Shown here one piece after another: positions 10,326 to 20,171 of a stretch of DNA of 64,000 nt; position 1 is the stretch's first letter; each line of letters begins with the position of its first letter. The translations under genes and the position numbers were made by a program. Under the pieces are notes generated by a model, which worked only from the letters and a program-made list of their open reading frames with translations, was not told the origin of the DNA and did no database searches. The stretch spans positions 930,001 through 994,000 of the forward strand of contig JANHCV010000014.1 of the NCBI GenBank assembly GCA_025594325.1, in the 5' to 3' direction. The DNA comes from Blastocladiella emersonii ATCC 22665. Its lineage: Eukaryota; Fungi; Blastocladiomycota.

Positions 10326-13300
10326 TCACGCTAACGCGATAGTAGTGGCTCGCGCGAGACACTCGCGCACCCGCGCCACGAGGTCCTCCAGCGACTCGCC
10401 ACTCTCGCCCTCCTCGTCCTCGTCCATGGCCGCCGCGAGCTCGCTACTCTTCGCCGCGGCAACATCGAGGATCGACTCGGGAATCCCCGCGAGCCGCGCG
10501 ACGTTGAGCCCGTACGACGCCTTCGCCGCCCCCTCGGCGAGCTGGTACAGGAACGTGATCTCCTTCCCGCCCTCACCATGCTCGAGGAACGCCATATGCG
10601 CGCACCGCGCGTGGTCGGGGTACGTCTCAGCAACTTGCGCGAGCGGCGGGAAGTGCGTGACGAACAGCGTGATCGGCTGGACCTCGCGCACGACGTGGTC
10701 GAGGACCGCGTACGCGATGGCGGTCCCGTCGTGCGTGGCGGTGCCGCGGCCGAGCTCGTCGAGGATCACGAGGGACCGCGAGGTCGCCTGCGCGAGGCAC
10801 TGCTGGGTCTCGCGCAGCTCGACCATGAACGTCGAGGCGCCGCGGACTACGTCGTCGGCGGCGCCCATGCGCACGTACACGCCGTCGAAGACGCCGAGCT
10901 CGCACCGCGCCGCGGGCACGCGGCTCCCGATCTGTGCCAGGATGATGGTCAGCGCGATGTGCCGCACCGCCGACGACTTGCCGCCCATGTTCGGCCCGCT
11001 CAGGATCAGGCAGCGCTGTTTGCGTTGCTACACGCGTTCGGCGGGGCGTCAGTCAGCGCGCACATCTCGCACCCCGCGTCGCGACGCGTACCTCGAGCGT
11101 GACCGAGTTCGGAACATACTCGATAATCGAGTCGAGCACCGGATGCCTCCCCTCCTCGATCCGCACCACCTGCTCGTCCGTGAACTCGGGCCGGACGTAC
11201 CCGGGGTTCCGCGCGAGCGCCGCGAGCGCGAGGAGGCAGTCGAACTCGGCGAGCCGGCGCGTGGCGTGGGCGAGGTCGGCGAACGCAGCCGCCGAGAAGC
11301 CCGCGAGCCGGCCCGCGTAGACCTGCTTGCCGAGCGCGGCCAGCGTCTCCTGCAGCACGTCGCGGTCCTTGAGCAGCGCGACGACGCGCGGCGGGTGGTA
11401 CCGCGTCACCTGCTTGGTCGCGGAAACGCGGAGCCAGTCAGACGGGACCACGCGGGATTTCGGGACTTGCACGAGGAACTACGCGCGGGGCAAGGCGGGT
11501 CAGTTGGGTAGTGTATGCGTGCAGGGGAGCGTGACGTACCGGAACCCCGCTAACCGTCGTAACCGTCCCCGCAACCGGTTTCGCCGCGGCCTTCGCCTCG
11601 CTCTCGAGCGCGCCGACCACGCCCTCGAGCTCCTCGCGCGTCTCGCGGATCGCCTGGTCGTCGGTCCACAGCCGCACCAGATCGCCCTCCGCGGCCGCGT
11701 CGACGTGCATCGACGCGAGGAGGTCCGCGACGCGCGCGCGCGTCTTCGCCACGTCCGCGGCGATCTCGGCGAGAAGTTGGGGGATCCCGTTCGCGCGCGA
11801 GTGCCACGCGAGCACCGCGTCGCACGCCGCGACCCACGCGTGCGCCCAGGACCACAGGGCCGCGGGCCGGATCCGTGCGCAGTGCAGTTTGACGAGGGTG
11901 CGTTCGCCGTCGCCGATGCGGCGCATCGCGGTGACGATGTCGCTGACGCCGGCGGTTTCCCCCAAAAGCAGGTAGTCGACGGCGTCAGCGCGCGCAGCGA
12001 TCCGGTCGGCGTCGACGAGCGGGCGCGCGAGCCACGCGCGGAGCAGGCGGGCTCCGGGCGGGGTCGCGGTCTGGTTGGCGAGCGAGTACAGGCACGGCGA
12101 GGCGTCGGGGCTGAAGACGTCGAGCGAGCGGAGCGCGGTGGACGACAGGTGGAACGTGTACGTGGACGCGTAGTGGTGGATGGTCAGGGGGACGTGGAAG
12201 AGGGTGGTGAGGGAGAATTGGGCCATGTAGTTCTACATGAGGAGGGGTGAGGGGTGAGCGGGGTGGTGGGAGGGGGAGGGGGTGGGAAGGGTACCATGGC
12301 GAGAAGGAAACACTTCTGGATGCCGGGCGACAGGTCGAGGACCTGCGACAGCAGCTCTACACCGCGCCGCGACGCGTCAGTCCGAGCGACAACCCGAGAT
12401 CGAGCAAGAAAGCGTACCCGGCTGCTCCTCGAGCTGCTCGCTCAGCACACTCGCCGCCGCCGCCGCATCCGTCTCCGCCGCGACAATCGCCTCGCACCGC
12501 ACGGGATGCGGCCGACTCTTCGCGTACCGGTCAATCCACGCGCGCGTCTCGCCCGCGACGCCGCACGTGAGGACCTCGATGGGCGCGAGCGACGCGAGGC
12601 GGGCATCGAGCTCGAGCTGGAGCCCAGGCGCCTCGTGCCACTCGTCCACGACGATCTCGGCGGTCGTCGGGTCGAACGCGACCATGCACGTCGACGGCTT
12701 TGCCGCGGTCCCACCCGGTGCGAGGATGAGGATGAACGACTGGCTCCCGCCGCCGGGCAGGTCCGAGGCGGAACCGCCGGCGTCGTCGTCGAGGTCGTCG
12801 ATCAGCGTCGCGGCCGAGTACAGGCGCGTCATCTTGCGGGCGAACGGGCCCTTGGCGTTGGACCCGACAGATTTGAGGGCGGCGGTCTCGGTCTGCTGCA
12901 CCAGGCCGACCTTGTGGCCCTCGCGGACGAGCCGGCGGATGTGGATCCCAATGCGCGGCACGGGGACCGAGGCCGTCAGGAAGTTTTTGTCCATCCACGC
13001 GACGATGTTGAGCAGGTCGGCGGCGATCTGGCGCGCGGGGAGGGAGGGTTAGTGAGGGGTGCGGCACGGGACGTGATGGTCGCGGACGGGTGTACCTGCG
13101 CGTCCTCGCCTACACACAGCGAGTACGATTCAGAGTCAGCCCCGCCGCCAAGCCGTCAAGTCCACTCGAGCGAACGCACCGAAGAACCGATACTTATACC
13201 CGACCTCAAACGCGAGCAGCACGCCGGGATGCATCGCCTTGAGCTCGACGACCTGCTTCTCAAGGGGCGTGTACTTGAGCCCCTGCGGGCCGAGCTCGGC

Positions 13301-13927
13301 CACTGCCGCCTTGCCCTTCCCCTTGGCCGGCGTAGCGCGACCCTTGCCGACCGCGGGCGAGGTTTTCGGCGTCGCCGCCTTCTTGCGCGCCGCGGGTTTC
13401 CGCGTCGAAGACGACGAGGAGGGTGCCGGCTCGTCCACGTCCATGGCGTCATCTTCGGCGTCGGACGGGACGTACGCCGGCTCATCATCGTCGTCCGCGT
13501 CGCGGGAGGCCGAGGCGGCGGCAGCGGCGGCGGGCGCGAACCGCGCGGCGAACTTGGCGCGTTTCCGCGCGCGCTCGGCCTCGGCGTCGACGGCGGGCGC
13601 AGCAGCGGTAGCGGGTGCGGGCGCAGCCCCTTCGTCATCGTCGGCGTCGCGGTCCGATCGCCGGCGCAAACGCGGGCGCGTGGCGGGGGGCGCGTCGTCC
13701 TCGGCGTCGGACAGCTCCATGATCTCGTGCTGGATCGAGAGCGGAGGGGCGGCAAGAGCGGGTGCCGCGACAGGCGCTGATGCGGGTGACGGTGTTGATG
13801 CATGTGGTGCCGGCGCGGCGGCAGGCAGGGCAGCCACGGGCGCGGGCTCAGCGTCCGCCGCCGCGGCCGGCTTCGGTTTGGGCTTGAAGTAGGCCGAGAG
13901 CGTGGTTTGCCGCAACTTTGGTGGCAT
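10326..13927 (-). CDS. MSH3: DNA mismatch repair protein MutS homolog 3, multi-exon
   Basis: N-terminal PIP-like QTTLSAYF; [32 protein letters not shown] (the MSH3-type mismatch-binding motif); ATPase motifs [25 protein letters not shown] and LFVTHF. Confidence 0.93.
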
Positions 13928-14057
13928 TGCAGGGAGTGGTTGGTGTGTAGGAGGAGAGAGGAGGTGCGGAGCGGGGCGGGTCGCCTTGATCACCTCGCTC
14001 ACGCACACGCGGCTGTCAAATCGTTCGCTATATTCAAGACTCACACACGGCGGCGGT

Positions 14058-14661
14058 TCAGGGAGCCGAGGGGTCCTCGGGGGCGAGGAACGGGTTTTCG
14101 GTCTCGACGTTGCCCTCGTTGGGCGCGATCATCATGATGGTGTTGCCGCGCGCCACGATCAGGCCGAGCGAGCGGGTCTTCTCGAGGATCGCGTCGTCGG
14201 TGATCTCTACGCGTGCGAGGCAAGTGGGAGGATGTGAGTGGCGGTCGGTGACGGGTTGGTGAAAGGGAAAACGGACCGCGCAGCGTCTCGACCGTGTCGT
14301 CGAGGACCAGGTTGCTCAATGGGTCGAACCCCTTGAGGACGCCGACCACTACACACCCGAGAACGTCAGTCACCGGTACGATACACCAGCACCAAGTAGC
14401 AGTACCCTCGCGGCCGCCCTGGAACTTGACCTGGATCGCCTTGTCGAGGTACTTGTTGAGGTCGAGAATGTTCTTGCGCTCGGACCCGCCGCCGCCCTCG
14501 CGCCCGCCGCGGCCCCCACCGCCACCGCCGCCGCCACGCCCGCCGCGCGCATTGCCGCCGCCGCGGCCCTGGTTGTAGCCCCCGCGGCCACCGCCCGACC
14601 CGCCGCCGCGACCGCCGCGGTACCCGCCGCCGCCTCCGGACCGGTGCTCGTGCGATGACAT
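14058..14661 (-). CDS. LSM7: U6 snRNA-associated Sm-like protein LSm7 with a Gly/Arg-rich N-terminal extension; two introns
   Basis: [60 protein letters not shown], and ENPF near the C-terminus. Confidence 0.93.
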
Positions 14662-15891
14662 CTTGGTTGTAGGGGTGGTTGATCCGTTGCACAGAGTGGG
14701 GGTGGGTGAGCGCTTGGCTCGAGTGTGGTTCGCGGAGCGGAGGGGGAGCGGGCGGAGAAGTCGGCGATCACGCCGCGCGCGAACGTGGGCGCGCGGAGGT
14801 TCACGTCGCCTCCTCGACAGCGGTCGGTCCTCTCTCCTCCTCTCCTACCGCCCGACTATGAAACTGATGGATTTCGCGAGCTGTTTGACTTCATCACAGA
14901 CTACTGCGTGGGATCGGCCACGCAGGACCCGCTGCGATCGAGCGCGACGCTCGCTGAGGCTCGCTGAGGCTCGCCCGCGGCACACGGCCGCTGCGCCCGA
15001 CGAGAGGATGCTGGTGCACGCTGTTCGGTAGAGGATGCCGGTGTTGATCAGCTTGCACCCGGCTCTTAGTCGTGGATATCTCTGTCACGTGCGCGCTCCG
15101 TTACAATCTCGCTACGAGCCTTCAGGGGCTGGGCTCACGTTGACTCGAGTTTGGGGCGACTTCGCGACGCTCCAGCGAATGAGTTCGCTCGCGCCCACAC
15201 TCATCAGCCCGTTTGTGCCGCGTAATCTGTGCTCTGAGTCTCCTTGACGCGGGTGGGCTCGGACAGCAACAATGGAGCGCGTGCAGCTCTCGCCCCGTCC
15301 GCCTGCCTCGTCGGCTTACGTCGTACATCGCCGCGCGTGGAGATGCATGCATGCTCGCTCGATGCGCCCCGATCTGCACATGCCGAGCTGCTGGTATCCT
15401 TGTTCTGGAACGAGGCCAGGCTCGCTCGCCTCATGGGACTGCGCGTTGCTACTTTCTCCCCTGCCCGCACGGCGTGCCGCTGCCCTGACCGTCAAGAATC
15501 GAGGTTTCTCGATCCTTTGCCAACCCGCTGACCCTTGAAGGCATCTCGCTTCTTTCTGGCAAGTGAGGCGAGCTGTCCCGCTGAGGCGCCGCCTCAGAGT
15601 TGGCGACTCGCGCGCGTCAGCTGGACTTTGGCAGATTCCCGCGCGTCGATCGAGAGTGCCGCCGACTCGGCTCCTAAGTAGCGAGCTCGAGAGGGCACTT
15701 TTTGGACGCTTGATCGCTTTCAACGAGTGAGGATATGCGAAGTGTTGACCACGCGGGCAGTGAATCCCATGCGACGCGTCGCGCGCCAAAACGGCCGGCG
15801 GCCACCCCCATCCTTTGCGCTCTCTTCACCCTCGCTCGCATGCCATGAATACTAAGCTCTTTCGCCGTATTACCCGGCCTCACTTGCTGCA

Positions 15892-16795
15892 ATGTGGTCC
15901 ACGGACTTGGATCGACAGCTCGCGGGAACTCGGCTTCGTGTCACTAAAATCGAAGGTGTCACAACCATGACCACGATGTCATCAAGTCGCTTCTGCACGC
16001 ACTGGACGTTGGGGCTTCTGGCGAGAGTGTGTCACACGGGACGATTACCGGAATGGTACGCGAAACCTGCTCCCCGTCCTTTCTCACAAGTAGCCGCTGA
16101 CTTCCATCGCCTTGTAGCAAGCGACGTGTCGTCACGGGCTAGTGTTGACGTTCGCTTTGAGCTGTCACCATCACTTTCCTTCTGACAATAACTCTGACTC
16201 ATCTCTCTTGGCCGAGTGGCAGCTTCGCCCGCCTCGCGCACCAGCAACTCTTCGCGCTGACTTCTATTTCGGGCTCAACTTGCGGGACGATGGAGCGGTG
16301 AAGAACGTTTCCGACTTGAGGGCGTGGCACGTCTTCCGTAACGTCGAACTTGGCACAAATCTAGCCTTCATCGGCGTTCCAAAGTCTCAATGCTCGCCTC
16401 AAGCTGTCGCAAACTTCCAACTCATCGATCCGATCGCTCGTCACCAAGCTTACGCTTCCAGCACATGTTCTTGGACGGCTATCAAGTCTTCAGACTCGAT
16501 GACTACGTTCAACATTTTGATGCTCGCGCGCTTCTTGATACTCGCAGACAAGTGCACAATGAGCATCCCGCTCGGCACTCAACGCGATTGTTTCGTACGT
16601 GAACACATCGCTGCAGCGCAGTGCACCTCCCGATCCGCGACTGACGCTCACCCACTCCTCGTGCACGCTCGGTTTAGACCGATCCGAACTCATTCAGCTC
16701 GGCTCGCGATCTCGCACACGCGTCGGCATCTCATTCTCGACTCTCAATCGAGAACCTCGCGCTTGCCCGCCCGCTATGCGCGCAAGCCCTGATAA
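15892..16795 (+). other. Possible orphan or degenerate coding region
   Basis: Adjacent overlapping ORFs (15892-16185, 16142-16792) with protein-like composition but no recognisable motif. Confidence 0.2.
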
Positions 16796-17399
16796 CCCGG
16801 GCGCGGGGGCGCGGGTCCGTCGTCAAGAGATCCGAGCGCGGAGCCAACGGGCGCGTGTGCGAGGTCGTGGGTCGATCGAGTTTGCAGGTTGGCGGATCGA
16901 ATTGCTTGGAAATTCTGGAGCCGGGTTCGCGTATGATGAACGGTCGTCACGACGGGTGCTAATAAAGAAGTTGCTTCGCTCAGTCGCTCCGCACAAATCG
17001 ATCTGGGATACGCTTGACCAATGAGGAGCACCGCGGGGGAACACGGCGCTGGTGGTGTCGAGCCCACACGATCCCCGAGATAGCTGTATGATCAGGAAGC
17101 GTGGATTATATTCGAGAGAATGATGGGGGACAAGATGAGGAAGAGACAAGAGGGTGAAGGAGGGTGAGGAGGCCGTACACACACGTGTCTGATCCGGAAA
17201 CGTGAGCGAAAGGGGGATCACGTCCGCGGCGTGGGGTGCAGGCTCCTTTTGAGGGCGATGAGGGGCAGGCGGCGAGTAACTGGCTGTGGCCGGGCGCGAA
17301 CAGCCGTGTTCGCGGTGGTAGGAAATGTGGCGCGATCGACGCTACGCGTGCGCGAGTGACCCAAGCATCGCGTGCGTCGCGCGACACCAGTCGAATTCA

Positions 17400-18733
17400 T
17401 CAGCAGTCACAGCACTCGTCCTCGCTGTAACCCTCTTCTTCGTCGCTGTTCGCGTCGGCTTCCAAATCAGACTCGGATTCGCTTTCATCCATCAAGTCCA
17501 AGACCGAGTCGCGCAGGTCCGCAGTCAAGCCGGTTGCATCGAGAGCTTTGAAGATCTCGCGCTGCTGGCATTTGTCGAGGCGCCCCGATTCGAGCCACCA
17601 CTCGATGACTTCGATGTGACCCAAGTGCGCGGCCTCGAGAACGACATCAAAATCAAACTCGTTGGTGCCGGGGAGCGGTTTAATTGGACGGGTGTTGAGT
17701 TCGCTACGCCACTTCAAGCAGCCAATTGCACACGCCTTGGTTGCCTCGTCCAGGACCGAAATGTCCTCATAGGGGAGAAACGCGAACGGCAGGACTTGGC
17801 CGTGACCTCCATAGCTGCGCTCCATGCAATCTCCGTCAGTGATGGAGTAGAAAGCAGGTTGATCTCCGGACATGCAGTCAAGCATGTGGGGCCAATCCTT
17901 TTTGATGCAATCGACAATCACTTGAGCCCAGTTGACCTCATCAGCCCAGTCTCCGTATGGACAGAACTCGTCGTACGTCGGATTGAGCGGGAAATTGTCA
18001 AGAACACTAGTAAATCCGCGCGCAATGGCTCGATCGACGAGGCCCCAGTTTTTACTGTCTACAAAATCCTTGCGCGCTCCGTACGCGAAATCGTCAAGTT
18101 CGTCCTCAGAGTTGTTCTCGACGTCATCGCCGCTATCGCTGCCAATGTTTTCGGGCCGAGGAGGGCGGTAGCACTCAGCAACCAAGCTCAGGACCGCAGC
18201 CTGATCATTTTCGAACGCAATATCAAACGCGCGGTCGTAGTCAATTTCGAGCTTGCCGTAGCGCCACCACCACTCGAACGAATCGCACTGGCCCGCAGAA
18301 ATCGCGAGTTCAAGAGCTTCCATGGCGAAGGGAACATTGCAAACCTTGTTTACAGACTCGCGCCAGGCGTCGAGGAGCTCGGTCCGACCCGCCATCGACG
18401 CGAGCTTGATGTAGAAAGCACATTCGAGGGCGTTGCTGGGAGAGGGAGGCGGGACAAAGTGCTTGAGGAGCGCTTCGCGATGTCGCTTGTTCGCGGGGCG
18501 CGTCGCGACATCCCGAAGCCCTCGGCCAACGGGTCGCAGGAGATGAACTTGCGCAAGTGCGGAGAAGGTCCAGGGAAGGCTCGGAGCAAGTTGAGAGCCT
18601 GTTTACCCGACTCGGGACTGGTGCCGCTGCAACCGCCAAGCGCGATGAGAATAATTTGCTCGACGATTTCGAGAGGCAAGCGCGGGAGCGGGCGCTCTGC
18701 TTTTTGCAATAAGTCTTCATTCGTTTGCTTCAT
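17400..18733 (-). pseudogene. F-box-like plus ankyrin-like (WW) protein; frame change between the F-box and the repeat region
   Basis: LPRLPLEIVEQIILIAL is in one frame; FEWWWRYGKLEIDYDRAFDIA and AAHLGHIEVIEWWLESG are in another. No clear intron explains the shift. Confidence 0.65.
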
Positions 18734-19110
18734 GGTTTCCGCCGTGGTAGTGTCCTCTGAGGGAGCGGCGAACAAGGCGGACGAGCGAACCTGAAATGAG
18801 GAGCGCCTCACTGATCACCTGACACGTCAGTCAGTCGCGTCACCGCAACGCCCTCGCGCTCCGTTTCCTTTCGCGCAGCGTCGGCTGTGTGCTGCTCACT
18901 TCCGTTCAAAGAAACTCGAGCGATTTGTGTAGACGAACGCATTCACCGCGAGGGAAAGACTTTGGCTGAGCAAAGTCCGAGACAGGAGTGCTACCTTGAT
19001 CACCCCTGCGGGCATGAAAAGTCGGAGCTGCAGGAACGGCCTGCTTCGACCGCAGCCATCGAATGTGAAAAAATCACACTCCTCCGCGACCACGCCATGC
19101 ACACGAGTAA

Positions 19111-20097
19111 TTATGGAAAGATGAATGTCAAATTATCAAATGCAAATGTGACATCAGTTGTTGCTGTCCGCGTCCTCCTCGGATTCGGACTCCGATTCCG
19201 ATTCCGATTCCGACTCTTCCTCGTACTCTGATCTGAGCTGGACTCAAACTCCGATTCAGACTCCAAGTACAAGTCCTCCTCGCGGAGCTCAGTCGAGAAA
19301 CCAGCACTTTCGAGTTCTTCGAAGATCGCCCGCCGCTCGTACTTGTCCATAAGCCCCGATTGGAGCCACCACTCGACGAGTTCGATGTGGTCCAGGCGCG
19401 CGGCCTCACGGACAAGGTCGAGATTAAAGTAGGTCGTGCCAGGCAGCGGTTTGTAGCGCTCGTCGTTCTTTTGCTTGACCCAGTTCAGGCCGCCAATCGC
19501 GCACGACTTGGTGGCCTCGTCCAAAAACAACAAGTGTTTGCGCTCGAATTCATGGAACGGCGAGATGGTGGGGCGTTCAATGCCGCTGCCTCTGACGAGC
19601 GTGAACGGGTCGTCGTAAGCATAGTCGAAGTAGAAGGCCTTGGGAGGTTTGGTCATCCATGCAAGCATGTGCGGCCAGTCCTTTCGAGTGCAATCAAGAA
19701 TCACGTTGGGCCAGTTGACTGCATGAGCCCAATTGTCGTCGCGACAATACTCGTGGTAGTCTTTATCGATGGGATAGTTGTCAAGGACACTTGTGAAGCC
19801 GCGCTCGAGCGCTCGTTTGACCAGGCCTTCGCGTTTACGAGATACAAATTCGTTGCGCTCCTCGGCTTCGAAATCTTCATCGCTGATGCCTGTGTCGCTG
19901 GGGTAATCGGCACGAGGTGGGCGGTAAGAGATAGCGATCCATGAAAGTAGGTCACCTTGGTTGTTATCAACCGCGATGTCGAATGCGCGATCGTAGTCGG
20001 GCTCGAGCCCCACTTGGATCCACCAGTCCATGGACTCGTTTTCGCCCGTGGCAACAGCAGCTTCAAAGGGATGGAGGCTCATGTCTCCCCGAAACAT
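19111..20097 (-). pseudogene. Tandem paralog of 17400-18733 lacking the 5' F-box region
   Basis: Collinear similarity: DYDRAFDIA, YRPPR, LV.RA..RGFTSVLDN.P, VNW..VI.DC..KDWPHML, LDEATK.CAIG.L.W. An in-frame stop lies a few codons upstream. Confidence 0.7.
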
Positions 20098-20171
20098 GTA
20101 AACTAGTGGAACTCATTTCCTCGACGTGAAAATCGGCGAATAACTGCAGTAAAGAAAGAAATACATCGTAT

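Noticed and set aside
12254-13780. 508-aa plus-strand ORF, and similar long ORFs at 24970-26211, 48088-49095, 55862-57019 and 61682-63115
   Set aside because: These are antisense shadows of high-GC3 genes (MSH3, NOL8-like, cyclin, ZZ/EF-hand, coiled-coil). Stop codons are rare in GC-rich DNA and the translations are low-complexity R/G/A/V.
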